A DNA stretch of 64,000 bases from Chitinophagales bacterium (lineage in GTDB: Bacteria > Bacteroidota > Bacteroidia > Chitinophagales > Chitinophagaceae): the NCBI GenBank assembly GCA_038258875.1, contig JBBSPK010000002.1, positions 5,237-69,236 on the forward strand. Reading direction: 5' to 3'. Below are positions 44,902-55,071 of the stretch, piece after piece (the first letter of the stretch is position 1; each line of letters opens with the position of its first letter). The position numbers and the translations under genes are program-made. The notes below the pieces were generated by a model. That model was not told where the DNA came from. It saw only the letters and a list, made by a program, of their open reading frames with translations, and did not search any database.

Positions 44902-46920
44902 TCACCTTATCAATACGGTCGATCCTTTCATGAAAATTTTCTTGCCGCTATCACGATTGGTATATTTTAGCATCCAGACAAAAATACCGGAATCCTGTGG
45001 CTCGCCTTTAATTTTTCCATCCCATTTTTGCAGCCAGTCATTCGTGTGAAAAACCAAATTGCCAACACGGTTATAGACACTGAATTCCAGGTTATCTGCC
45101 TTGTACGCATTTAAAGGATATAAATAGTCGTTTAGTCCATCTCCGTTAGGTGTAAATGCATTTGGCACCGCAATGTAACAACTCTTCAAAACTTTTAAAT
45201 TATTAACAGCAGTATCAAAACAGCCCGCATTATTTTCAACGATGAGGCGAATGGGGTATATTTTTTCAGCATTCAATATCGGGTAATTAAGTGAAGACGG
45301 TGTTTGGACCATACTGGTATTACCATTTCCAAAATCCCAATAATAATTAATGATATCGCCGGTACTTTTATTAATAAATGATGCAGCATCTTCGGGGCAC
45401 AATAAATTATTTGTTTCAAACGCAGCTTTCAATTCATTGCTGAGAGGTATGGTTTTTGTAAGCGTATCACTGCACACGCCATTTGAAACAGTTAATGTAA
45501 TCTGCTTCATTCCAAATGTATTGTAATATGCCACCGGGTTTTTAAGATTACTTGAGCCGTAATAATCAAGTAGCCACTGCCATTGATTTACACCATTTCT
45601 TCCATCATGGAAAAAAAAGACGGTATCTGTTTTACAACCCAAACCAACCCGGTATGTAAAATCCGCTGATACGGTATCTTTTGTTGTAAAATTTAAAGTT
45701 GATCCAGCGGGTGTTTCCTGTACACATTCATCAAGAATCGTATTGCCATCGCTACCGGTTACCAGTTTAATTTGGTAATTCCCCCCGATAACTATGGGTG
45801 TCGATAAAATAATATTAATAACATTGCTCAACCCATTTACACAAGTTCCTGCAGCTGCCGTTACCGATACAGGCGAAGGGCCTGTCACAATAAAATCGCT
45901 CCCATTTGCGGCGATTGAACTGCATTGTATATTTTTTTTGAATACCAGTTGTAAAGATGCGGGCGCACAGTTTACTGTTGTCAAACTGTCCATGGGCGTA
46001 GGTTGTAAAGGAGAAATAACTAACGGTACGTTATTGCCTGCAGGAATATTTCTATCACAGTAGTCAAGCAGCGTGTTCGCATCACCCCCGTTTTTTATTG
46101 TTATCGTATAATTTCCCGGTGGCAATGGAGATGCTGTGGTTAGTAGTACCGAGTCTAAATCAAAACCGCTGGTACAACCGAAACCTGTTGCCCCTGTAAT
46201 TATTGTAACAGCAGGAGAAATCATAAAATCGCTTCCGTTGGCTGCCAGGCTACTACATTTCATTTTCTTATTCAGCTTAATAATTATTTTGGAAGCATCG
46301 CAAATAGATGCAGCACTTGAAACGTCAGGTAAAAGTGTATCGGTAATGCTTGCGGTTCCCCCACCAAATGATAATTTATATCCATTTTGTGAAGGCGTGA
46401 AGACAGTAAAGTGGCTTATCAATAAAAGATATTTATGCCCGGCTACAATGTTAGGCATTTTGCTAAATGTGGGAAAAGTGGGGCCCTCGCAGTTCACTAA
46501 GGCAATTCCTGCAGCAGATGCACCAGTAAGCCCAAAATTTCCAGACCAGTTACAGCCTACAAATAATGATGCGTCTGTATAGATGTCATTGGGATTATGG
46601 CCGGTTATGTCAAATATTTGCCAGTCATAGTCATCATTAAGATCGTTGGGCGTTATTAAAAACCCTAAGGTGCCTGATTGAAAACAAGTAAACTTATACC
46701 AGAAAGGGTTTAGGTCGGTAAAAATCAGGCCACGGCTGTCACAAGGACCGGGCACACCTGTTCCACCACAATAAGGCACTGTACTTTGGCTAAAGGTATC
46801 GATACCACAAACCGGAAACGCTGTGGATGGATTTTGGCCAAGTGCAGTACACGTTTGGGCATTGCCGCGGACAAAGGAAAACAGCACAATGAATAAAACC
46901 GGAATAAATTTTTGAAACAT
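44902..46920 (-). CDS. Cys-rich PKD protein with T9SS type-B (gliding-motility-associated) C-terminal domain
   Basis: Signal peptide, internal repeats SSLAANGSDF/SSIAANGSDF, YYWDFGNG, VPNAFTPNGDGLND, WDGKIKG. Confidence 0.9.
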   Translation of the reverse strand: MFQKFIPVLFIVLFSFVRGNAQTCTALGQNPSTAFPVCGIDTFSQSTVPYCGGTGVPGPCDSRGLIFTDLNPFWYKFTCFQSGTLGFLITPNDLNDDYDWQIFDITGHNPNDIYTDASLFVGCNWSGNFGLTGASAAGIALVNCEGPTFPTFSKMPNIVAGHKYLLLISHFTVFTPSQNGYKLSFGGGTASITDTLLPDVSSAASICDASKIIIKLNKKMKCSSLAANGSDFMISPAVTIITGATGFGCTSGFDLDSVLLTTASPLPPGNYTITIKNGGDANTLLDYCDRNIPAGNNVPLVISPLQPTPMDSLTTVNCAPASLQLVFKKNIQCSSIAANGSDFIVTGPSPVSVTAAAGTCVNGLSNVINIILSTPIVIGGNYQIKLVTGSDGNTILDECVQETPAGSTLNFTTKDTVSADFTYRVGLGCKTDTVFFFHDGRNGVNQWQWLLDYYGSSNLKNPVAYYNTFGMKQITLTVSNGVCSDTLTKTIPLSNELKAAFETNNLLCPEDAASFINKSTGDIINYYWDFGNGNTSMVQTPSSLNYPILNAEKIYPIRLIVENNAGCFDTAVNNLKVLKSCYIAVPNAFTPNGDGLNDYLYPLNAYKADNLEFSVYNRVGNLVFHTNDWLQKWDGKIKGEPQDSGIFVWMLKYTNRDSGKKIFMKGSTVLIR

Positions 46921-47012
46921 ATATTGAATGACCAGTAAAAATATTCTTTCGCTGCAAATAACAATTTTTTAATTGAGTTTTGAAAGATATTAACGCGGGA
47001 TCAACAAATTTC

Positions 47013-48755
47013 TTAAGCGAATAACTTTCTTTCCACACATCTTATATCATTTTCATCGTAAAACCTGTTAATCCATGAACCGGTATCGTCAAGCTTTACT
47101 GGCTTTGGAGGAATTCCATTTGCTTTATCCTTTTCTTCCTGGTCTTTTAGAGAGCGAAAATTATAATGATCAATTAATCTTATTGCCTCTATGGCAAATG
47201 CGGTCGCAACATCACTATCTTTTATACACAACAAATTATCACCATTTTCTTTTTCACCCCCAAGCGCCAGGTTAGAAGATCCACAATAAACTTTCGCATC
47301 ACTTTTATTAAAATTAATTACAACAAACTTGTGATGGATAGCATGGGCAAGCCCCAACGAATATTCCTTATTGAATGGCGGTGGTAGTTCCCTGCTTGCT
47401 GACTTTGCATTTATAAGCAAGCCATTTTTCTTACCCGGCTTATACAATGAAACGTCATCGCCATTTACACCATCAGTTATTCCATAAGTATAAATTGCAT
47501 CATTCTTATGCAGCTCACGAAGCGCAGGAATTAAACTACCGGTAGTGGTATCGCCCATTTCCATTACTGAAAATAAAACGGATTTGGTTTTTTTATCAGT
47601 AACATATTTCTTCATAGTATCAATAAGGCCTGTAGCAAATTCAGGGTTATGCGGGGAAAAATTTATTTCGGTGGTGGGCACTGCAGGCTTATAAAATTTT
47701 CTTGCCGTTAACGCAAAATTTGTTAAACGAAATGATGGCGCATTGCCATTTTTCCAGCAAATATTAAATACATCGTCATAGTAAGTGGCTACATTTTCAT
47801 TGTCAAAAACCAGTACATGATTTGCATTTATGTAAAGCCCTGTATATGAAAAATTGGTAGAGCCGGTTAAAACCTTATACGCTCTATCGTTCTTTTTCAG
47901 AATAATTATTTTGCAATGAGAGAACCTTGCAAAGTGACACCGGAATATTTCTGCACTTCCCGTTGCTTTCAATTTAAAACGTTGTTCAAAATCATTTTCC
48001 TCTGCATTTGCTGCAATATGTAATGACGCATTATCTATAATCATTCTTATTTTTCCGGCAGCAGCCAGATCCAAACACATCTGGGCAATTACAGGATCAT
48101 TAAAATCGTATGCATACATATCAACCGAAACTGAATCATCATTTAAAGCTTCTTTTAGTATTTCATAAGTTTTTTTCCGTGCCGAGAAACCAAGCCATTC
48201 ATACATATTTTCATAGGTAAAATTTGTATTGTTCCTGAAGCCTGCAATTTGATTTGTATCAAATATCCAATCCCCGGCGGGTAACAATTTTTGTTTGGAA
48301 CCATAGCGGTTTGCAAACGCTTGTGATTTTAAAAAAGCACGTGCAAACCCGACACTAAATCCACCCTTGGAAAAATCATCTACCATTATTTTTACCGAAA
48401 CCGTTTTTGCTTTATCGAGAGGCACTAATTTTTTTTCTGCATCAAAAAAACGGGGCGTTGCCATATAAGTGTACTCGCCGGTAAGAATTCCTGTTTGCTG
48501 GTACGAGCCGGGAAAATGCACCCATCTGAATAATTGTATCGGTGAGATATAGGAGCTGGTTATATTATTTGTTCCATCAAAATTGAGAAAGTTTTTTATA
48601 TAATATTTTTGGCCTTTTGGATTAATATAAGCCAGTGAAAACCCGGCAAGCATTCCTTCACCAGGCTTTTTGTCAATGTTCATTGCAAGTAACGTCATTG
48701 TTGAACCTTGCCATGCTTTTAATGAAAATCCATTGTTGGAAGCTGTTGCAAACAT
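47013..48755 (-). CDS. Phospholipase D-superfamily protein with two non-canonical HKD motifs (likely start 48755)
   Basis: SHCKIIILK...TGSTNFS and IHHKFVVIN...CGSSNLA. Confidence 0.82.
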   Translation of the reverse strand: MFATASNNGFSLKAWQGSTMTLLAMNIDKKPGEGMLAGFSLAYINPKGQKYYIKNFLNFDGTNNITSSYISPIQLFRWVHFPGSYQQTGILTGEYTYMATPRFFDAEKKLVPLDKAKTVSVKIMVDDFSKGGFSVGFARAFLKSQAFANRYGSKQKLLPAGDWIFDTNQIAGFRNNTNFTYENMYEWLGFSARKKTYEILKEALNDDSVSVDMYAYDFNDPVIAQMCLDLAAAGKIRMIIDNASLHIAANAEENDFEQRFKLKATGSAEIFRCHFARFSHCKIIILKKNDRAYKVLTGSTNFSYTGLYINANHVLVFDNENVATYYDDVFNICWKNGNAPSFRLTNFALTARKFYKPAVPTTEINFSPHNPEFATGLIDTMKKYVTDKKTKSVLFSVMEMGDTTTGSLIPALRELHKNDAIYTYGITDGVNGDDVSLYKPGKKNGLLINAKSASRELPPPFNKEYSLGLAHAIHHKFVVINFNKSDAKVYCGSSNLALGGEKENGDNLLCIKDSDVATAFAIEAIRLIDHYNFRSLKDQEEKDKANGIPPKPVKLDDTGSWINRFYDENDIRCVERKLFA

Positions 48756-48978
48756 GTTACAGAAATTATAAGTTATCAATGAAGGCCTGATTCCGACTGC
48801 AATTTTACTAATGAATACCTGGTGCAAATTTCTCAATAATAAGAATGCATCACTAAAATAAAAAAGAATAATTAACAGGTAAAGTGTTTCCAGTTAAATT
48901 TTCAAAACTCATTTAAAATCATTTTTATAATTTCATCAACGGCCGATGTTTAAAATTATCTATCAATAAAAATAAATC

Positions 48979-50286
48979 ATGAAGAAAATATTATTGCCAT
49001 TACTACTTATAGTCTCTGCTTCTGCTTTTTCACAGTCAAATAATTTAAGAGATAAAATAAGCAAAGCTGCTGATAAGATTGAGCCGAAAGTGATTGCGTG
49101 GCGGCGTGATATTCATGAACATCCTGAATTAGGAAACAACGAAATAAGAACTGCAGCTATAATTGCCAAACATCTTCAATCATTGGGCATAGAAGTAAAG
49201 ACTGGCGTTGCGAAAACAGGTGTCGTAGGAATTTTAAAAGGTGGGAAACCAGGACCTGTTGTAGCGCTACGTGCGGATATGGATGCGTTACCTGTTATAG
49301 AACGAACACCTGTACCCTTTGCCTCAAAAGTAAAAACAATGTTCAATGGCAAAGAAGTGGGTGTGATGCATGCGTGTGGCCACGATTCGCATGTAGCAAT
49401 ATTGATGGGTGTTGCAGAAATTTTGACCTCTATGAAAAATGATTTAAAAGGAACCATAAAATTTATATTTCAACCGGCGGAAGAAGGGGCGCCGGAGAAT
49501 GAAGAAGGTGGCGCTGAATTAATGGTAAAGGAAGGGGTGATGGAAAATCCGAAAGTCGATGTTGTATTCGGCCTTCACATATGGGCGCAAAGTGAAGTTG
49601 GAAAAATAACTTATCGCCCGGGCGGGACCATGGCGGGCGTAAATGATATGAAGATTATTATAAAAGGTAAATCTGCACATGGCGCATATCCGTGGTTGTC
49701 AGTAGATCCCATTGTAGCATCTGCACAAATCATTAATAGTTTACAAACTGTGGTTAGCCGCAATTTGAATATTACAGAAAATCCGGGCGTTGTTACCATT
49801 GGCGCCATCAATGCGGGCAACCGTACCAACATAATTCCAGAACAGGTTGAAATGCTGGGAACAATAAGGTCATTCAGCAAGGAAGATGAAAAGTTGATGA
49901 TCGACAGAGTTAAGCAAATAATTACCGGCACTGCCGAAGCTGCAGGCGTCACTGCTGACATCAGGCTGCCCTATACATCTCATTACCCGGTTACTTTCAA
50001 TGATATTGCGCTTACTGAAAAAATGTTACCCTCCTTACGTAAAACAGCAGGTGATGAAAATGTGCTGTTAAGACCACCGGCAACAGGTGCAGAAGACTTT
50101 TCTTTCTACCAGGAAAAAGCGCCGGGACTTTTTATTTTTTTAGGAGGAATGCCTAAGGGCAAGGATCCTAAAACGACTCCGGGACAACATACCCCTGATT
50201 TTTATATTGATGAAAGTGCGTTTAAACTGGGAGTAAAAGCACTGGCTAACCTAACAGTGGATTATATGAATATGTGGAAGAAATGA
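48979..50286 (+). CDS. M20D-family amidohydrolase
   Basis: HEHPEL, LRADMDALP, MHACGHD, FQPAEEG, AEDFS; signal peptide. Confidence 0.93.
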   Translation: MKKILLPLLLIVSASAFSQSNNLRDKISKAADKIEPKVIAWRRDIHEHPELGNNEIRTAAIIAKHLQSLGIEVKTGVAKTGVVGILKGGKPGPVVALRADMDALPVIERTPVPFASKVKTMFNGKEVGVMHACGHDSHVAILMGVAEILTSMKNDLKGTIKFIFQPAEEGAPENEEGGAELMVKEGVMENPKVDVVFGLHIWAQSEVGKITYRPGGTMAGVNDMKIIIKGKSAHGAYPWLSVDPIVASAQIINSLQTVVSRNLNITENPGVVTIGAINAGNRTNIIPEQVEMLGTIRSFSKEDEKLMIDRVKQIITGTAEAAGVTADIRLPYTSHYPVTFNDIALTEKMLPSLRKTAGDENVLLRPPATGAEDFSFYQEKAPGLFIFLGGMPKGKDPKTTPGQHTPDFYIDESAFKLGVKALANLTVDYMNMWKK

Positions 50287-50301
50287 AAATTATTAAATCT
50301 T

Positions 50302-50601
50302 TTATTCAATGCTTCTACCTATTAAATCCCTGGAAGAATGATGAACGGTTAAAATATCAATTTGGGTTGTACTCACAATTTTATATATAATCCGATAATT
50401 ACCCTCAATTAACTCACGGATGTTTTCATCTTCAATTTCCGGTACAATTCTTCAGGAATGGGGTTGGGATTTCAAAATTTGACTTCGAAATCTGAGTTTC
50501 TGAATCTGAATTTTTGCATACTTTTTTGAATCACGAGAAATATACTCTCCGATAACTTTTAAATCCTCAACAGATAATTTAGTCCACTTTATTTGAACCA
50601 T
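50302..50601 (-). pseudogene. RelE/ParE-family toxin with in-frame TGA at codon 50
   Basis: MVQIKWTKLSVEDLKVIGEYISRDSKKYA...QPHS*RIVPEIEDENIRELIEGNYRIIYKI...LTVHHSSR; stop at 50452-50454. Confidence 0.85.
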
Positions 50602-50771
50602 TTTTCGATTTCGGTATTTAATTCGGATTCAGACAGAACTTCTCCATTTTCAGATTGTCCATTCGCTCTTTCGATTTTATCAATAAGGATTAATTTTTCA
50701 ATCAATTCGTCAATTGAAAATCTTTCGGGAAATTTTTCAATCTGCTCTCTCAGAATTGTTTTAGTTAACAT
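50589..50771 (-). CDS. Putative type II antitoxin
   Basis: 60-aa acidic protein overlapping the toxin start by 13 bp. Confidence 0.75.
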   Translation of the reverse strand: MLTKTILREQIEKFPERFSIDELIEKLILIDKIERANGQSENGEVLSESELNTEIEKWFK

Positions 50772-50843
50772 GCTTTAATTTTTTCAAGGATAATCAATAG
50801 CCCACTCATAATAGTAAACAAGCAGCATTTTTTGCAGGATTGA

Positions 50844-52124
50844 TCAATTCAATAATGCAAGAATTTTATTACGTAAAATGTGTTGTTCTTTCCCGGAATG
50901 TGTAAGATTAACTGCGTATTCAAAATGTTTTTTAGCCGCCGCAAGGTTGTGCAACCGCGAATATATTTCGCCCAATAAACTATGATATAAATAGTACGAC
51001 TCCAGTTTCTTTTTATCATTGATACTCTCCAGTTCTTTTAAGGCAGATGTTGCGCCATGAAGTTCCATAACGGCAACGGCCTTATTCAATTCATTTATTG
51101 GTGAAGGAGAAATTTTGCAAAGCCATTCGTAATATTTCAGTATGCGTTCCCAGTTAGTATCCTTAAATGTTTTTGCTGAACAATGCTCATAAGCAATTGC
51201 AGCTTCAATATGATAATTGCTTACCACTTCCCCGAACGCAGCTCTGTTCATGTACCCGTTGCCGTCGTTAATCAATGAGGCATCCCACATTTTACGATCC
51301 TGCATAGGAAGCAGGATAATTTCACCTTCGGTTGTCAGGCGGCTATCGCTGCGTGATGAATGGAAACACATCAATGCCATCAATGCAAATACCTCCGGTT
51401 GCTGCGTATGATTATTTTCAGCGAGCAATTTACAAAGCATCATGGCTTCTGCGATAACATCTTTTCGAATCAATTCTTCAGAGTTGGTTGAATTGTAACC
51501 TTCATTAAAAATGAGATAAATTGTGTTGAGGACTGAATCGATCCTGTTTTTTATTTCATCTATGGAAGGAATTACCAGTTTAATTTTATTTTGCCTGAAA
51601 AACTCTTTTGTCCTGTAAAGTCTTTTTGAAATTGTCTCTTCGTTGGTAATAAAGGCTTTGGCAATTTCCGCTGTGCTAAAACCGCAAAGTGTTTTAAGCA
51701 TTAAAGTGATTTGATTTTCAGGAGAAATTTCCGGGTGGCAACAGGCAAACATCATCCTCAGCAAATCATCATTAATATATTCTTCCTTCCAGAAATTTTC
51801 CATCGCGAAGTTCAATGTGTATTCGGATGTAAGCAGAATTTTTTCATTATCGCTAAAATCAAATTGAAGAGAATGCTTGTTTCGTCTTATAACATCAATT
51901 GCTTTATTTTTTGCTACGCGAAAAAGCCATGCGGAAGGATTATCAGGAATTCCTTTTAGTTTCCAGGTATGCATGGCCTGCAATAAAGTATCCTGTACAA
52001 CGTCTTCAGCAGTCTCCAGGTTTTCAGTGCCGAAGATTTTCGTTAAAACAGAAACCATCTTCTTCGATTCATTTCGAAAGAGATGATCTGTAAGTTGATA
52101 AACCGGTTCATTAACTGAAGGCAC
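50844..52124 (-). CDS. ECF42-like sigma factor with C-terminal TPR-type extension
   Basis: AEDVVQD, NPSAWLFRVAKNKAID, DDLLRMMFACCHP, IYLIFNEGY, YHIEAAIA; YciI/DGPF gene in same operon. Confidence 0.9.
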   Translation of the reverse strand: MPSVNEPVYQLTDHLFRNESKKMVSVLTKIFGTENLETAEDVVQDTLLQAMHTWKLKGIPDNPSAWLFRVAKNKAIDVIRRNKHSLQFDFSDNEKILLTSEYTLNFAMENFWKEEYINDDLLRMMFACCHPEISPENQITLMLKTLCGFSTAEIAKAFITNEETISKRLYRTKEFFRQNKIKLVIPSIDEIKNRIDSVLNTIYLIFNEGYNSTNSEELIRKDVIAEAMMLCKLLAENNHTQQPEVFALMALMCFHSSRSDSRLTTEGEIILLPMQDRKMWDASLINDGNGYMNRAAFGEVVSNYHIEAAIAYEHCSAKTFKDTNWERILKYYEWLCKISPSPINELNKAVAVMELHGATSALKELESINDKKKLESYYLYHSLLGEIYSRLHNLAAAKKHFEYAVNLTHSGKEQHILRNKILALLN

Positions 52125-52147
52125 AGGTTTTTATTTCAATAAAATTA

Positions 52148-52549
52148 CTACAAAGACCGCATGCGGTTATTCCTTGGATTGTGTTCCACTTCAGCAAGTC
52201 CCAACGCTTCCATTAGCGGGGGCATATACATTCCAAACCTTCCGCGAAAACCTTTTTTTAGGCCATACCAACCACCAACAGGATTTTTAGGTGAGCGTGC
52301 CCATGCTTCAACAGTACCTTCCTTTGCAGGCTTTTGTTCGTCAGCACTTCCAAGCTCCATCCAGTCGCCATGCTTTTTCAGCATCGCATGCAAATCATTA
52401 ATACATCTTGCATCGTAATGCAGCACTGTTTTACCAACAGTGCATACGATAATTTCTTTTCCATCTTTTACATCTTTATACATTTCGTATTCTGATGTGC
52501 CCGGTGGTGTTTTTAATTTCCACGGATCTTCTTTAGTTCCTTTTGCCAT
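52148..52549 (-). CDS. Conserved hypothetical protein (DUF6855-like)
   Basis: GTKEDPWKLKTPPG, NPVGGWYGLKKG, EHNPRNNRMR. Confidence 0.7.
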   Translation of the reverse strand: MAKGTKEDPWKLKTPPGTSEYEMYKDVKDGKEIIVCTVGKTVLHYDARCINDLHAMLKKHGDWMELGSADEQKPAKEGTVEAWARSPKNPVGGWYGLKKGFRGRFGMYMPPLMEALGLAEVEHNPRNNRMRSL

Positions 52550-52563
52550 AGTGATGTTTTATG

Positions 52564-52923
52564 TTATCTTTTTATAGATTTTGGTTTTAAGTTTTTTACA
52601 TATTCGAAACTTATTTCAAAATATTTTTTCAATTCCTTCGTGTTTTCAAATAATTTTTCAGGAACCAGTACATATTCTTTTAATATGGTTCCATATGCTT
52701 CACATAAAGACGTATTATATTTTTTAAGAAAATCTTCCCTTATATCTTTTGGAAGCCGAAGTCCTAAAGCACCCGTTTTATCAAGGAAGGAAAACATGTG
52801 CCCGTTTATAGAAGTATAAGGCATGGTAGCCCCCTTTCTTTCTATACCTGGTTTCATTTCTATGACCTTATCATACAAACCTGATTTTTCGGCAGGAAAA
52901 GTAAAAATTTTTTTGCTACTCAT
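52564..52923 (-). CDS. Hypothetical protein (TfoX-N-like)
   Basis: PYTSINGHMFSFL, LKEYVLVP, SFEYVKNLKPK. Confidence 0.65.
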   Translation of the reverse strand: MSSKKIFTFPAEKSGLYDKVIEMKPGIERKGATMPYTSINGHMFSFLDKTGALGLRLPKDIREDFLKKYNTSLCEAYGTILKEYVLVPEKLFENTKELKKYFEISFEYVKNLKPKSIKR

Positions 52924-52990
52924 TGCCTCCGGGATTATGTGATTCTGAAAACTTTTGGGGTTATGAAATTTGAATTGAAAAGATGACGCA

Positions 52991-53341
52991 TCACATTTTT
53001 AATTCCTGGATTTCCCTCACTTCTACTATACCGTCATCATATTCAAGAATGGGACAACCTTTTGAAATTTCCACTGCTTCATCAAGCGTGTCCGCTTTAC
53101 AAATAAGGTAGCCGCCAACCATTTCCTTTCCTTCCATGAAAGGACCATCAGATATAACTTTTTTATTCCCGGTCACGGTTTTCCCTTCTTTATTCAAGGG
53201 CTGCGCACCCCCAAATTTACCCTCTTTACTAAGATTTCCCATCCAATCCATCCAGCGTTGCAAATGAGCTTGTGATTGCTCAGGTGATGAAGATTCCATT
53301 TCTGTTCTGCCACCCCTGAATAAAAATAAATACTCTTTCAT
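52991..53341 (-). CDS. YciI/YCII-related DGPF protein
   Basis: SDGPFMEGKEMVGGY, VEVREI. Confidence 0.9.
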   Translation of the reverse strand: MKEYLFLFRGGRTEMESSSPEQSQAHLQRWMDWMGNLSKEGKFGGAQPLNKEGKTVTGNKKVISDGPFMEGKEMVGGYLICKADTLDEAVEISKGCPILEYDDGIVEVREIQELKM

Positions 53342-53375
53342 TGTATTAAGTTTTAATTGTGTTGGTTATTTGGAA

Positions 53376-53810
53376 TTACTTTTCCAATATAAATTTTAAA
53401 AGCTTTAGATCCTTTTTATTTGCACGTTTCATGGCAAGTTCCATAAATGGTGCAAGTAATTTTAAAAAACCAGATGGGCTACCGGAATTTCTTAAAATCA
53501 TACGACATGCATTATCATCAATAACTTCCCATCGATAACTCGTTTCCATAGGGAACGGGCCCTGGGATGTCCGCATTACAAGATCTTCGCCTGGATTAAA
53601 TTTTACTATTTCATAAATATATGCAAGTTCCTTTCCTAAAAATGTGGCCTTAAATGCTATTTGCGTACCCACGCGAAATGGCCTTGGCGTCTTCCATTCC
53701 ACGGATTTTATGTTCTTATACCACTGCGGTGCATTATCAGGATTTGCAGCATACTCTGCGACTTTATTTTTCGGAACCTCTATGTTTATTTGCGTCGTAA
53801 CGTTAACCAT
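53376..53810 (-). CDS. SRPBCC (polyketide cyclase/START-like) protein
   Basis: YAANPDNAPQWY, GPFPMETSYRW, C-terminal helix ANKKDLKLLK. Confidence 0.85.
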   Translation of the reverse strand: MVNVTTQINIEVPKNKVAEYAANPDNAPQWYKNIKSVEWKTPRPFRVGTQIAFKATFLGKELAYIYEIVKFNPGEDLVMRTSQGPFPMETSYRWEVIDDNACRMILRNSGSPSGFLKLLAPFMELAMKRANKKDLKLLKFILEK

Positions 53811-53882
53811 TAATCTTTATTTTTCTTTCCACTAATTCAGAAGTCAAATGTCGCAATAATGCACGCTATATTACCGCATTCT

Positions 53883-54368
53883 TTAATCATAACTCATTGC
53901 CTCTTTCGTAAAAAACTTTTTAAGAAAACCCATTTGACCGATGTCATAGCTTTCGTGTTGTGCAAGGAAAGCAACAGTACCTCCGTTTGTAAAATCGCCA
54001 ATAGGGCTTTTTATAGGAGAATCTGCATCAATATGTTCTTGTGAAACTGATTCGATTGCATTTCTAAGCAACCCAGACGCTTTTTTCCACTCATCTTTAA
54101 TTTCCGCAAGGGAAGGATATTTTAATGATGAGTCGTACGCTTTAAAATTTTCAAATAGTTTACTATAAGGATTTTCAACAGGAGTGCCCAGGAATACCAG
54201 GGCATTGTATCGTGCCCATACGGTATGTGCAGCTATCCAACTAACGGGATTTACATGCCCGCTTATTCTTTCCTTTGAGTCTTCTTCTGTAATTCCCTCA
54301 AGAGCATTATTAAAAAGACGCTCATTCAGGTTGAAAATAATTTGTGACTGATAAATTGATTTGTGCAT
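53883..54368 (-). CDS. DinB-family protein
   Basis: NPVSWIAAH and QHESYDIGQ (HxxxH motif with second His replaced by Asp). Confidence 0.8.
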   Translation of the reverse strand: MHKSIYQSQIIFNLNERLFNNALEGITEEDSKERISGHVNPVSWIAAHTVWARYNALVFLGTPVENPYSKLFENFKAYDSSLKYPSLAEIKDEWKKASGLLRNAIESVSQEHIDADSPIKSPIGDFTNGGTVAFLAQHESYDIGQMGFLKKFFTKEAMSYD

Positions 54369-54409
54369 TTGCTAAATTTTTAATGAATAGAATTGAAATT
54401 CCACTCTAT

Positions 54410-54436
54410 GACGTTTGGCGTAAAAAAAATAGGACA
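54410..54436 (-). promoter_or_regulatory. Candidate ECF42-dependent promoter
   Basis: Minus strand TGTCCT-N17-CGTC, 41 bp upstream of the first gene of the ECF operon. Confidence 0.55.
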
Positions 54437-54582
54437 GGGTAAGAAATAATTTATTGGGCAAATGATGTCAAAGGCAATACAAAAATATAAAAGGCAGAAT
54501 GAACCCGGAGCAGAAAAATTCACGGTTGACGTATCCTGAACTATGTTTTAGCTAACTTCTTTTTTGAAAAATCAATTGAATT

Positions 54583-54963
54583 CTAGATAAGCTGTTTAAG
54601 AATTTTAGTATCAACATCACCGAGCTTATTAATATACAGGCATCCTTTTCCGGTCTTATGTTTGCCAAGTTTTTTAAGTAACTCCTGGTGATTAGTAATG
54701 ATCCCCGAAAGGTATAGTGTAATGCTCGCCTTCCGCGGAGAAAAGCCGATAAGGCACGTATCTCCTTCGTGGCCGCTTTCGTATTTATAATGATAATTCC
54801 CAAATCCAATTATACTCGTACCCCACATTTTGGGTTCCAATTTTGTTGCTTGCTTCATCATGTCTGTAATTGCAAAGCAATCCTGTCGTTTGGTATCGTC
54901 TTCAATGGAATTAAGAAATTTTGTTACACTCTCCTCCGTTAATTTTGTTTTAAGCTCTGCCAT
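54583..54963 (-). CDS. DUF1801 (YdhG-like) protein
   Basis: PKMWGTSIIGFG, YESGHEGD, GFSPRK, LGKHKTGKGCLYI. Confidence 0.88.
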   Translation of the reverse strand: MAELKTKLTEESVTKFLNSIEDDTKRQDCFAITDMMKQATKLEPKMWGTSIIGFGNYHYKYESGHEGDTCLIGFSPRKASITLYLSGIITNHQELLKKLGKHKTGKGCLYINKLGDVDTKILKQLI

Positions 54964-55071
54964 GCTATTTATTTTTAATCTAAAAATAAAAAATTGTGAT
55001 GATATTAATTGTAAATCTCAACCGCAGAGAAAGGAGTAAACTGAGTTTCGCCGGGGGTTGCTTTCTACGTG

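Noticed and set aside
50452-50454. In-frame TGA as selenocysteine or alternative genetic code
   Set aside because: Expected residue is Gly, no SECIS-like hairpin follows, and TGA is used as a normal stop in other genes of the window
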